Of a stretch of 64,000 nucleotides of DNA, positions 10,051 through 19,933 are shown piece after piece (positions within the stretch are counted from its first letter, which is position 1; each line of letters begins with the position of its first letter). The position numbers were made by a program, and so were the translations under genes. The notes under the pieces are model-generated. The model made no database searches. It worked only from the letters and a program-made list of their open reading frames with translations, and was not told the DNA's origin. The stretch lies in the sequence record MG752970.1; one strand, written 5' to 3'.

Positions 10051-13000
10051 ATGTCAAACAAGTTGTTAATTAAACGATCATCTACATCTGGTAAAGTACC
10101 TACTATTGCAGATATAGTGGTTGGCGAACTAGCCATGAATACCTATGATGGTAGATTATTCATGCATATCAATAATGGATCGGATTCCATTATAGAAATA
10201 GGTGCGTTAAATTCTCCTGCTTTTACAGGAATTCCTACTGCTCCTACTGCATCTGCTAGTACAAATACCAGTCAAATAGCGACAACTGCGTATGTCACTA
10301 CAGCAATATCCAATGCAGCATTTGTGTCAAATAGCAATAACATTGTTGCTGGGAGTGGTATTTCTGTTTCAAAATCGGGCACTGATATAACAATTTCGGC
10401 AACCGGATCTGGTACAGGGAGTGTAACCAGTGTGGCATTATCCATGCCATCTATTTTTAACGTTTCAGGTTCACCGGTAACCACTACTGGTACTCTTACT
10501 GCTACATTAGCAGGTCAGAATGCTAATACATTCTTAAGTGGCCCTGGATCTGGTCCTGCAGATATACCTACATTCAGAGCAATAGCACCAGCAGACCTAC
10601 CGCTGGCCACAACGACTAATGTTGGCGCAGTATCAATAGGTGCAGGTTTGACGGTTGATGTTTCTGGTGTAGTTAAGCTTGATACGAATAACGCTGTTCA
10701 GTCATTCAACGGTCGATATGGAACAGTAACTCTAACAAGTGCAGATGTCACCGGTGTTGGTGGACTGTTGGCTAATAATGCTGCGCTGACAGGAACTCCT
10801 ACCGCCCCAACTGCAGCAGTTAACAACAATACAACCCAGATAGCTAACACCGCCTTCGTAACCACGGCAATCAATAACGCTATTTCTAGTGGAACTGTTA
10901 CTGCATTTAATGGTCGTGGTGGTAACGTAATTCTGCAGGCTACTGACGTTACTGGTGTAGGCGGAGCATTACTGAATTCACCTACATTTACAGGCACGCC
11001 TGCTGCTCCAACTGCTGCATTAGGAACTAACACTACTCAGATTGCTACAACGGCGTTCGTTGCCGGTGCGATTAGCAATATGTCATATGTGAGTTCGTTT
11101 AACGGCAGAACGGGAGCGGTAACACTAACACAATCTGACGTAACCAATGTTGGTATAGCTTTACTGAGTGGTTCCGATTTTACGGGAACTGTGACAGCGC
11201 CAACTCCAGCTACAAGTGATAATTCTACTAAGGTAGCAACAACTGCATTCGTTAAGACGGTCGTTGCATCATCTGGAGTATCCACTTTTAATGGTCGTTC
11301 TGGTGATGTGTCACTTACATCGAGTGATATTTTGAATGCTGGAGGAGCCCTATTAACAAGTCCAGCATTTACGGGAACACCAACAGCTCCAACGCCAGCT
11401 ACAAGCGATAATTCGACGCAGATTGCAACGACGGCATTCGTTAAAACCGCTTTAAGTGGATATACATTGCCGGTTGCAACAGGATCGACTCCTGGGGCGG
11501 TAATAGTTGGATCTGGTATTAATGTCGCGCCCGACGGTACAATTTCAACAACGTTCCCGGTGACATCAGTAGCCGGTAAAACGGGAGCAGTTACACTGTC
11601 TCTCAGCGATATTAATGGTGCTTCTAGTTTAGCACCAATTAATAGCCCATCATTTTCTGGAACTCCTCTAGCACCCACTATTGATCCTCATAACTTAACA
11701 TGGAGTTCTGGACAACCGAGTGATCAAATTGCTACCAATGGTTTCGCTGTAGCCGTAGCTACTCAGACGTCAACGAGCATTGGTGTGACAGGTGGAAACG
11801 TTTCACTTGGAAATGCAGCAAATTACCAGTATATTGTTATCACTGGAACTCTGACATCTGATGCAACAATTGTTCTTCCAGGAGATCCTGGTGGTCGTTG
11901 GGTATTCTACAACAATACATCAGGTAGCTATAACGTAATTCTCGCTGGACCTACTGCTAACAAGGCAACATTCACGCTTCAGCAGGGTGGAACTGCAGAA
12001 GTAGTTTGTGTATCGTCTATTGGTGTTCTTCCTGCAACTTCTGTAGGTATAACGCAACCTCAAACAGATAATTCGACAAACTTGGCTACAACAGCATTTG
12101 TTAAATCTATGTTTGCTGGTCAAACTGCAGTTACATCGTTTAACAGCAGAGTTGGAGCGATCACGCTGCAAACATCAGATGTTAGTGCTGTTGGTGCAGC
12201 AATGCTAACCGGGGCAAATTTCACCGGAGCAGTCACGGCACCAACTCCATCAATAGGTGATTCATCTACTAACGTTGCAACCACTCAGTACGTTGAAAAG
12301 GCACTTCTAAACACAACAACTGTATCGTTAAGTTCTACCAACGTTACGTTGACTCCGGCACAGTATGGTACTGCCATTATAGAATTCACTGGAACCTTAA
12401 CGCAATCTGTTACGATAACTGTTCCTACTAGTGGTCAATGGGTGATGTATAACGCCACCACTGGTGCGTTCAATGTTACGTTGAGTAATGGTCAAGGATC
12501 GACTTATGTTGTTCCTCAGAATCAGAGCGCCTCGGTGATGTCTCTTGGTAGCCTAGGAATAGTGAATGCTAATATTGCGGCATTCGTTCTTACTCCTGCT
12601 ACGGCTACAACTCTAGGTGGTGTATATGTACCAAGTGGAAATGGACTTACTGTTGATAACACCGGTGCTATAAAAGCTTCTATAGCCGGATCTACTTCGT
12701 CGACGACGGGTGTAGTGTATCAGGGTGATGGTATAACGATAGGATCTGATGGTAAATTAAGTGCTAACCTGCGGACAGTTGCAGGAGTTACTCCAACCGG
12801 TGGTGATATCACATTGGCTGTTGGAAATATTTCTGGAGCTGCACCACTTAACAGTCCTACATTTACAGGTACTCCTGCTGCACCAACTCCAGCAACAAAT
12901 GACAATTCAACTCGTATAGCTACGACTGCTTTCGTTGTTAATGCTCTTGGATCAATTGGTGTTACATCGTTTAATAGCAGAATGGGAGCGGTTACGTTAC

Positions 13001-14160
13001 AGGCTTCTGATGTTACTGGAGTGGGTGGAGCTCTGACGGCATCACCAACATTTACAGGTACTCCTGCTGCACCAACGCCAGCTACAAGTGATAATTCAAC
13101 CAGAATTGCTACTACTGCGTTTGTGCAATCTGTTTTTGCTCAAATAGGATCCGGTGTTCTTACATTTAACGGTAGATCCGGGTCTGTAACGCTTCAAGCT
13201 TCTGACGTTACTGGCGTTGGTGGTGCATTGACGGCTTCTCCAGGATTTACCGGAACACCAACTGCGCCAACAGCAACGGCAGGTACTAACACTACTCAGA
13301 TTGCTACAACCGCTTTCGTTCAGACAGCCATTGCTGGTGTTTCAGGAGTTTCTAGCTTTAATACCCGTACGGGTGCAGTGACATTAACTGCCGCGGATGT
13401 ATCTAACGTTGGTGGTGCTATGACTGCATCTCCATCGTTTAGTGGTACCCCAACGGCACCTAATCCAACTATAGGAACCAACACAAACCAAATTGCTACT
13501 GCTCAATTTGTTGAAAGCACGCTATTTACTGCATCATCTGTGGCATTGTCAAATGCTAACGTTACCCTATCTGCATCACAGTATGGTGCGTGTATTATCA
13601 AATTGACTGGAACCTTAACGGCGAACGTCTCTATAACATTCCCTACAAGTGGTCAATGGGATGTTTATAACGCAACTTCTGGTTCATTTACTGTCACCCT
13701 TACTAACGGTACTGGATCAAATGTTGTGGCTCCTCAGGGAACGGTTACAGTCGTTATGTCTGATAACACTGCTGGAATGATAAACACTAGTGCATACGCC
13801 GCGGCCAACGTTGCACGTATAGCATGTAATATCCCAGGTAGTCCGAATGTTACGACAGAAACGTTCTATCTATTTGGACAAGCATGCACGTTACCAGCCA
13901 ACTTGACAGGAGCAACAGCTTATGGGGTTGCAGCGGCAAGCAGCTCTGCTCCATACACCGTTAACGTGTATAAATACGTAGGAACTTCATCGTCAGGAAC
14001 GCAAGTTGGAACCATAACTGTAAATCCAGGTTCGACATCAACTTTCGCCACGACCGGCGGCACTTCGGTATCGTTTGCGGTTGGAGACAGATTAAGTTAT
14101 CAATTCCCAACTGGCAACATGACACTGTTTGCAGCAACGCTTGTTGGAACATGGCAGTAA
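10051..14160 (+). CDS. long repeat-rich tail fibre (1369 aa)
   Basis: Same N-terminal anchor as the 5308 gene. Many SPxFTGTPxAPT...NxTxIATTAFV and VTSFNGRxGxVTL repeats. Confidence 0.8.
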   Translation: MSNKLLIKRSSTSGKVPTIADIVVGELAMNTYDGRLFMHINNGSDSIIEIGALNSPAFTGIPTAPTASASTNTSQIATTAYVTTAISNAAFVSNSNNIVAGSGISVSKSGTDITISATGSGTGSVTSVALSMPSIFNVSGSPVTTTGTLTATLAGQNANTFLSGPGSGPADIPTFRAIAPADLPLATTTNVGAVSIGAGLTVDVSGVVKLDTNNAVQSFNGRYGTVTLTSADVTGVGGLLANNAALTGTPTAPTAAVNNNTTQIANTAFVTTAINNAISSGTVTAFNGRGGNVILQATDVTGVGGALLNSPTFTGTPAAPTAALGTNTTQIATTAFVAGAISNMSYVSSFNGRTGAVTLTQSDVTNVGIALLSGSDFTGTVTAPTPATSDNSTKVATTAFVKTVVASSGVSTFNGRSGDVSLTSSDILNAGGALLTSPAFTGTPTAPTPATSDNSTQIATTAFVKTALSGYTLPVATGSTPGAVIVGSGINVAPDGTISTTFPVTSVAGKTGAVTLSLSDINGASSLAPINSPSFSGTPLAPTIDPHNLTWSSGQPSDQIATNGFAVAVATQTSTSIGVTGGNVSLGNAANYQYIVITGTLTSDATIVLPGDPGGRWVFYNNTSGSYNVILAGPTANKATFTLQQGGTAEVVCVSSIGVLPATSVGITQPQTDNSTNLATTAFVKSMFAGQTAVTSFNSRVGAITLQTSDVSAVGAAMLTGANFTGAVTAPTPSIGDSSTNVATTQYVEKALLNTTTVSLSSTNVTLTPAQYGTAIIEFTGTLTQSVTITVPTSGQWVMYNATTGAFNVTLSNGQGSTYVVPQNQSASVMSLGSLGIVNANIAAFVLTPATATTLGGVYVPSGNGLTVDNTGAIKASIAGSTSSTTGVVYQGDGITIGSDGKLSANLRTVAGVTPTGGDITLAVGNISGAAPLNSPTFTGTPAAPTPATNDNSTRIATTAFVVNALGSIGVTSFNSRMGAVTLQASDVTGVGGALTASPTFTGTPAAPTPATSDNSTRIATTAFVQSVFAQIGSGVLTFNGRSGSVTLQASDVTGVGGALTASPGFTGTPTAPTATAGTNTTQIATTAFVQTAIAGVSGVSSFNTRTGAVTLTAADVSNVGGAMTASPSFSGTPTAPNPTIGTNTNQIATAQFVESTLFTASSVALSNANVTLSASQYGACIIKLTGTLTANVSITFPTSGQWDVYNATSGSFTVTLTNGTGSNVVAPQGTVTVVMSDNTAGMINTSAYAAANVARIACNIPGSPNVTTETFYLFGQACTLPANLTGATAYGVAAASSSAPYTVNVYKYVGTSSSGTQVGTITVNPGSTSTFATTGGTSVSFAVGDRLSYQFPTGNMTLFAATLVGTWQ

Positions 14161-14170
14161 GGAGAGTAGA

Positions 14171-16411
14171 ATGGCTTTAAAGTACGCAGAGGGATTTGAA
14201 ACATCTGTAGATGATAGTGATATTCGCGCACGCGGATGGTTGTACGCACCTACGAAGCGTTATGCAGGTTTACCTCCTTCAAAAACGGCAGCCGTTGGAT
14301 CAATAGGTCTACGTAGATTTGTGAATAACGGCAGCGATGCTGCCACCACTGTTGGGGCGACCGGTGCAGCTGATTTGGGGTATTACAATACGGGTATAAC
14401 GGTTAATCAGGCCTGGTCCGCCGGAGGTTTTACATTTGGATCGTCTGCCACTCATTATAGCGGCTCTATGGTTCAGATAGGTGCAGTAGGAACTGGTGGT
14501 CCATCCGGTCAAGCACTAGGATGTATAGATTTTGATGGTACAAATTATTGGGCTTGTACGTCTGCGACTAAAATTGCAAAATCTACCGATTTTATTACGT
14601 GGACGAATACTACAGCAACCCCAACGGGCTTAACTCTATCATCGACGGTATCGTTCATGGGTTCCGGTGTAGTGATGGTTGTTCCTCAAACTGCAACACC
14701 AACCACGTTAAGTGTTGCATACACTAGTAACGGTGGAACTAGCTGGTCCACGCAAACACTGGCCACTGGAATTAGTACAACAACAGGTGCTCAATATGGA
14801 ATTGGATTTGCAACTGGAAATCCAACATATCCCCATGCAATCTTAATTGGGATTAGTGATAACTCTGCGGCAAATGGTCTCTATATAGGAACTCTGGGTG
14901 GAACGTTTACCCAAGTAATTGGTGGTACGGCTTACACGATGGGATTCTTTGTTCCTAGACCTGTGGTTATTAATGGATACATTTATGTAACTGATGCGTC
15001 AAATAATGCGACATCCGCGAATTTTTATTCTGCACCCGTATCCGGGGCAATAAACACAGCGGGAGCCTGGACTAAATGGTCTCTTGGAAATGTGCCTAAC
15101 CCTTCTCAAATATCGTATTTTCAGGCGGCAAACGTTTTCATGATATCATCTGTCACGAACGGTTTGTTCACTATTCCTAACACTGGTGGTACAGGTACTC
15201 CTACTCCCCCAACGTCGGCAACAACTGCATCGAATCCTTACTCAGCAGCAGGAGTATTCGGAATAGCATCCAGTGGATCTACTGCGGTTATTTTTCCAGA
15301 TGTGTTTAATTCTATCAGTGCTAACAATACGGTTTTCACATCAACCGATGCGTCAACCTGGACTCCTCAATTCAAAATCTGGCCAGACTTGGGTGGAACG
15401 AATAGAAATGGTTGGTGTACGGTGTTTTATGACGGGACGCAATATGTTGCTGTAGGATCTGTAGGATCTACAGCCCACTCCCAAATCATATGTACGACGG
15501 ATGATGGTGTAAACAATTGGCGTATCAGATACGCATCTGATACTTCAAGCAATGGTACAACAGGTGGATTTAGTGGATTGGGTGTGTGCACTGCAACTGC
15601 TGCTCCGGTATCGGGGTCAACATGGACAGCGGGAACCACTGCTGCATGGTTAAATGCGAGCGTCCCTTCTGCAGGATCATCTACTATTAGCTTTTTCACT
15701 ACGTCAAACAGTGCAACCGCGGCATCCACCGCAGCTGTTTCGACATCCACTACGCTAACTCATTATTACGAAATAAAAGCGGTTGCCACTGCTACTGCTA
15801 ATACATTTAATATCAGTTGGTATGTAGATGGGGCATTGAAAGCCACAAGTACAAGTATCCTTCTTGGATCTTCTACAACGGATACTACAAGTTTGCTGAT
15901 ACTCAACATTCCTAGATGTGGTGCTTGGCAGCAATTCGATGATATGTACTTAACGCTTGATAACGGCACCGGATTACAAGGACCTGCGGGCCCCATCTAC
16001 ATTACAGCACGCAGACCGACAACGGATGTGCAGGATCAATGGTCTCCTAATGGCACGGCAACAAATTCAACTGCAACCAATCAGACTGCATTAAGCAGTA
16101 GAAAAGACAGATATTCTTCAACATATACTGATGGCGCAAAAGATGTTTATTCGTCCACCGATTCTACTCCATCCAGTTATAAAGTAAAAGCAGTTCAGAT
16201 AGAGGGATATTTTTCGCAATTGAGTACTGTTGCTCCAACTGCTAAATTGAGCTTGATTAGTAGTGGCAATCAGGTTGATGCGTCAACTGCAACGGTAAAT
16301 AGCAGTCAGGTATTCACATCGGCGATAGTTGAACAAAATCCAAATGGTAACGTTGCTTGGACTCCAGGAACGGTAAATAGTTCACAGTTTGCAATTACTA
16401 AGGTGACTTAA
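14171..16411 (+). CDS. putative tail tip/receptor-binding protein, paralog 1
   Basis: Start reassigned to ATG 14171 (GGAG RBS). BNR/Asp-box-like YTSNGGTSW; S/T/G-rich; paralog of the 16636 gene. Confidence 0.6.
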   Translation: MALKYAEGFETSVDDSDIRARGWLYAPTKRYAGLPPSKTAAVGSIGLRRFVNNGSDAATTVGATGAADLGYYNTGITVNQAWSAGGFTFGSSATHYSGSMVQIGAVGTGGPSGQALGCIDFDGTNYWACTSATKIAKSTDFITWTNTTATPTGLTLSSTVSFMGSGVVMVVPQTATPTTLSVAYTSNGGTSWSTQTLATGISTTTGAQYGIGFATGNPTYPHAILIGISDNSAANGLYIGTLGGTFTQVIGGTAYTMGFFVPRPVVINGYIYVTDASNNATSANFYSAPVSGAINTAGAWTKWSLGNVPNPSQISYFQAANVFMISSVTNGLFTIPNTGGTGTPTPPTSATTASNPYSAAGVFGIASSGSTAVIFPDVFNSISANNTVFTSTDASTWTPQFKIWPDLGGTNRNGWCTVFYDGTQYVAVGSVGSTAHSQIICTTDDGVNNWRIRYASDTSSNGTTGGFSGLGVCTATAAPVSGSTWTAGTTAAWLNASVPSAGSSTISFFTTSNSATAASTAAVSTSTTLTHYYEIKAVATATANTFNISWYVDGALKATSTSILLGSSTTDTTSLLILNIPRCGAWQQFDDMYLTLDNGTGLQGPAGPIYITARRPTTDVQDQWSPNGTATNSTATNQTALSSRKDRYSSTYTDGAKDVYSSTDSTPSSYKVKAVQIEGYFSQLSTVAPTAKLSLISSGNQVDASTATVNSSQVFTSAIVEQNPNGNVAWTPGTVNSSQFAITKVT

Positions 16412-16412
16412 T

Positions 16413-16625
16413 ATGGCATCTAATGCAAATGAATTACTAGGCGCAAAGGCCTTAGCTGAGCAGATTATTCTTGTGGCTGGGGTTCAGGCTAAAGCTCAGA
16501 CTATTGCGCAGCAAGTTCTTATGAGACCTTCATCCCAAGCGAAGGCATGGGCTATTGCAGAGCAAGTTTTGTTGCAACCTGGGTCTGGACAAACGTATCC
16601 GGTTGCAACTTGGTGGTTTAGTTAA
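16413..16625 (+). CDS. small protein with three AKAxxIAxQVL-type repeats (possible fibre chaperone/adaptor)
   Basis: Fills the gap between the two paralogs; internal tandem repeat. Confidence 0.5.
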   Translation: MASNANELLGAKALAEQIILVAGVQAKAQTIAQQVLMRPSSQAKAWAIAEQVLLQPGSGQTYPVATWWFS

Positions 16626-16635
16626 AGGAATAAAA

Positions 16636-18834
16636 ATGACATTGAAAGTTATGCAGGGATTTGAAACGTGCAGAGACGATTCAGATCTTAGAGCACAAAA
16701 TTGGTTGAAATCACCAACATTAGATTATGCAGGATTTCCTGGAGCAACCACGGCAGTTGGAAATACTGGAATTAAACAGTTTACGGTGGCCAGCGCTGCC
16801 GCTACCGTGGTCGGTAATGCATCGGCTGCGGATCTAGGATATTACAATACGGGTATCACCGTTAATCAGGCATGGACTGCTGGTGGTTTTACATTTGGGG
16901 CATCCGCGACGTTTTATAGTGGTACTGCAGGTGCCGCAATTGGATCTGCCCTGAGTACCAGCCAATATATGAATCAAATAGTTTTTGATGGAACTAGATA
17001 TTGGTCAATTCAATCAAACCCAACTATACAGGTCGTAACTTCTACCGATTTAATTACCTGGACAGCAACACCATCCCAGCCTGGAGGTTTAACAGGTACA
17101 GCTGGTAATAGTGTGTCATATATGGGCGGCGGTGTAGTGATGGTGATACCTGGTGGAGGTGCGTCAAACATCGTGTATTACACCTCCAATAATGGATCAT
17201 CATGGAGCTCGCAGAGTTTTGGTGCGGCAACCGGACCTATTTATGGTGCTGGATGTGCCACTGGTAATTCGACATACCCACATTGCGTAGCGATTAACTC
17301 ATCAAACACATCTTCATGGAACGGAGTGTGGATTGGTACACTTGGTGGAACTATGACGCAGGCTGTATCGCCTGGTGCGTATGCTGCAACTGGTTTGCTA
17401 TCACGTCCTAAAATCATAAATGGATACATCATTTGTACGTTGGGAAATAACGGAATATATTCGGCTCTTGCGTCAAGCGCAAGCTTGAATACTACCGGCG
17501 CGTGGACTAAATGGACCTACACTGGTCAAAACTTGACGGATGTAAACTACTTTCAACCAACAAACGTGTGGATTGTTAGTGGCTATCAGGCAGGCGTCGT
17601 AACAATTCCAAATCTCGGTGGGTCTGGAACACCAACTCCACCAACTACTGGCTCGGGAACTTCGGTGTATGCGAGTCCGATATATGGATTAATAGTTAGT
17701 TCAACGAACGTAACAATGTTACCTGCTGCTACTACAACTGGTAACGTGTCTCTTCTCACATCGACTACCGCGGCGTCCGGAAGTTGGACAAATACGTCAA
17801 GAATTCTACCGTATCTGGGTGCGAACATCAATGGATTTAAAGAATCGTATTATGATGGAACAAAATGGATAGTTGTTGGTTGGGCAAGTGGAACATCGTC
17901 TAGTCAGGTTATTTGCACGACAACCGATGGATTGAACAATTGGCAAACAAAATATATGACGGATGTGGCGCCATCTACGACCGGTGGATTTAGTGGTCTT
18001 GGTGTCTGTGCTGCTACCGCAGCCCCTACTTCTGGATCAGCTTGGACGCAGGTAGGTGGAACTGCATGGCTGAATTGTTCAACTCCTGCATCAAATTCTT
18101 CCACAATAACGGTGTACACCGCCGCTGGTACGACTGCAGCATTTACGGCCACACAAGCATCAACTACCTTGACACATACATACGAGGTTAAGGCAACAGC
18201 AGTTCCAGGAACTACTAATAGTTTTACTATTACACTTTACATAGATGGAACACTTCAGAGTGGCTCTGCTACGGTCGCAATGGGATCTGGGACATCGGAT
18301 ACAACATCATTGCTGATCCTTAATTTACCTAGATCGGGTAACTGGCAGCAATTTGATGATGTGGTGTTTACTCTTGATGATGGATCTGGTATAGTAGGTC
18401 CATTGGGTGTTATGAACATAGTAGCACGAAGACCAACTACTGATACGCAGGCACAATGGACAATCAATGGATCCGCTGTTTCAGATTCTCTGTCTGTGAA
18501 TCAATCTGCACTGTCTTCACAGTCTACTAATTACATTTCTACGTTCACTGATGGTGCTAAAGACATTTACACGTCTTCAGATACTCTTCCTACAAACTAT
18601 AAACCGATTGCCGTTCAAGTAGAAGGATATTTCGCTAAAGGCGGAACAAATGCTCCAGTTGTAAGTCTGGGAATTCAGAGTGGATCTACTGAAGTTGATA
18701 GCTCAAACTTAACGGTAAATAACTCCACTGCTACTTACCTAAGTCAGATAGTTGAAAAGGATCCGAATGGAAATATCGCGTGGACTACAACTAGTGTTAC
18801 AAATTCAAAACTGGTAGTCAACAAGATATCGTAA
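16636..18834 (+). CDS. putative tail tip/receptor-binding protein, paralog 2
   Basis: Start reassigned to ATG 16636 (AAGGA RBS). Shares GFETxxDDSDxRA, ADLGYYNTGITVNQAWxAGGFTFG and WQQFDD with paralog 1. Confidence 0.6.
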   Translation: MTLKVMQGFETCRDDSDLRAQNWLKSPTLDYAGFPGATTAVGNTGIKQFTVASAAATVVGNASAADLGYYNTGITVNQAWTAGGFTFGASATFYSGTAGAAIGSALSTSQYMNQIVFDGTRYWSIQSNPTIQVVTSTDLITWTATPSQPGGLTGTAGNSVSYMGGGVVMVIPGGGASNIVYYTSNNGSSWSSQSFGAATGPIYGAGCATGNSTYPHCVAINSSNTSSWNGVWIGTLGGTMTQAVSPGAYAATGLLSRPKIINGYIICTLGNNGIYSALASSASLNTTGAWTKWTYTGQNLTDVNYFQPTNVWIVSGYQAGVVTIPNLGGSGTPTPPTTGSGTSVYASPIYGLIVSSTNVTMLPAATTTGNVSLLTSTTAASGSWTNTSRILPYLGANINGFKESYYDGTKWIVVGWASGTSSSQVICTTTDGLNNWQTKYMTDVAPSTTGGFSGLGVCAATAAPTSGSAWTQVGGTAWLNCSTPASNSSTITVYTAAGTTAAFTATQASTTLTHTYEVKATAVPGTTNSFTITLYIDGTLQSGSATVAMGSGTSDTTSLLILNLPRSGNWQQFDDVVFTLDDGSGIVGPLGVMNIVARRPTTDTQAQWTINGSAVSDSLSVNQSALSSQSTNYISTFTDGAKDIYTSSDTLPTNYKPIAVQVEGYFAKGGTNAPVVSLGIQSGSTEVDSSNLTVNNSTATYLSQIVEKDPNGNIAWTTTSVTNSKLVVNKIS

Positions 18835-18854
18835 TTCTAGGTATCCTAATACCA

Positions 18855-18862
18855 CATAAATA
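18855..18862 (+). promoter_or_regulatory. T4-like late promoter (CATAAATA)
   Basis: Upstream of the lysis cassette. Confidence 0.65.
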
Positions 18863-18895
18863 GCAAGTAAATCTTTTCTATAAATGGAGTTATAA

Positions 18896-19219
18896 ATGCT
18901 TAAAGACTTACTTGCTTTTTATACGGCACATCATAAGGAACTCCAGTTCGTTTTTACAGGTGTTCTAGGAATGATATTCCACTATTACAAAGCGCTGTGG
19001 AGAAATGAAACTGCGGCAACTTTTAAACAGTGGTTCGGTCTTGCAGATCCACATTCAACGTTCATGACATTTGCTGCATTCATCGGGGCGATGTTTACGG
19101 CACTTTCTACAAATGCTCTCGATTCCATGAATTTCTATGGTGTTGCTGTTGCTGGATTTACTGCCGGATTTTCTATAGACTCTGCATTCAACTCAGTACC
19201 GGATAAGAAGATAGCTTAA
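18896..19219 (+). CDS. putative holin
   Basis: 107 aa with 2-3 hydrophobic helices and a charged C-terminus; first gene of the spanin/lysin cassette. Confidence 0.55.
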   Translation: MLKDLLAFYTAHHKELQFVFTGVLGMIFHYYKALWRNETAATFKQWFGLADPHSTFMTFAAFIGAMFTALSTNALDSMNFYGVAVAGFTAGFSIDSAFNSVPDKKIA

Positions 19220-19236
19220 ACTATAAGGAGAAACAT

Positions 19237-19626
19237 ATGGTCTTAGCGGCAATATTAAGAAACTGGAAATTATTCACGGTTTTGGGAATCCTTGTTGTTC
19301 TGTTATCAATTATAGGTGTCTACAAGGTGAAGGCTGACTCGTATATGAAAGATGCCAACACATTGAGAGTTCAAAATGGTCAATTGCAAGAGAAAATTAA
19401 TCAGGCAGTCCAGATTAATAAAGAAAATCTGGCAGTAATAGACCAAATGCAGAAGGACGCTAAAACCAAGGATCAAGTGGTTCAAACTCTGAATCAAACA
19501 CTCAGCAAAAACAGGTCGGATCTTCAGAAGCTGCGCGATAATCTATCGCACTCAAAGCCTGAAGATAATGGATCTGTAGCTCCTGTTCTCCGTGACGTTA
19601 TTAGAGGAGTTCAAAATGCGCGCTAA
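19237..19626 (+). CDS. i-spanin (Rz-like)
   Basis: N-terminal transmembrane segment followed by a coiled coil; overlaps the downstream lipoprotein. Confidence 0.75.
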   Translation: MVLAAILRNWKLFTVLGILVVLLSIIGVYKVKADSYMKDANTLRVQNGQLQEKINQAVQINKENLAVIDQMQKDAKTKDQVVQTLNQTLSKNRSDLQKLRDNLSHSKPEDNGSVAPVLRDVIRGVQNAR

Positions 19627-19933
19627 ATTGATCATCTCACTGTTGTCCATTTTCATGATTTCCGGATGTGCTACCACGTCTGACGTTAAGGTGGTGGAAA
19701 AGATTAAATATGTACGTGATGATATTCCAGCTGAAATGCTGACTATCCCACCGCATCAGGCTAATTTAAATGTTGATGATCCAGCTCTAACTCAGAAGGA
19801 CGTTGGTATGTGGATTATAAATGAAGCTGATTATTCGACAACTGTTACAAAGATGCTTGAGGCAATTAAGAGCTATCAAGATAAGCGTGATGCTGACATT
19901 GAGAAAATGAATAAAGATCAACAAGGAAAGTAA
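19616..19933 (+). CDS. o-spanin (Rz1-like lipoprotein)
   Basis: Start ATG 19616 with AGAGGA RBS. Signal peptide with lipobox ISG-C; overlaps the i-spanin end. Confidence 0.75.
   Translation: MRAKLIISLLSIFMISGCATTSDVKVVEKIKYVRDDIPAEMLTIPPHQANLNVDDPALTQKDVGMWIINEADYSTTVTKMLEAIKSYQDKRDADIEKMNKDQQGK

Noticed and set aside
10272-12905. Several antisense ORFs within the tail-fibre genes (e.g. 11037-11678)
   Set aside because: Mirror images of Thr/Ala/Gly-rich repeats, with no independent coding signal.
10700-13520. Regularly spaced repeats that could look like a CRISPR array or DGR template/variable repeat
   Set aside because: They are in-frame protein repeats with synonymous divergence. There are no unique spacers, no cas genes, no reverse transcriptase and no adenine-specific mismatch pattern.
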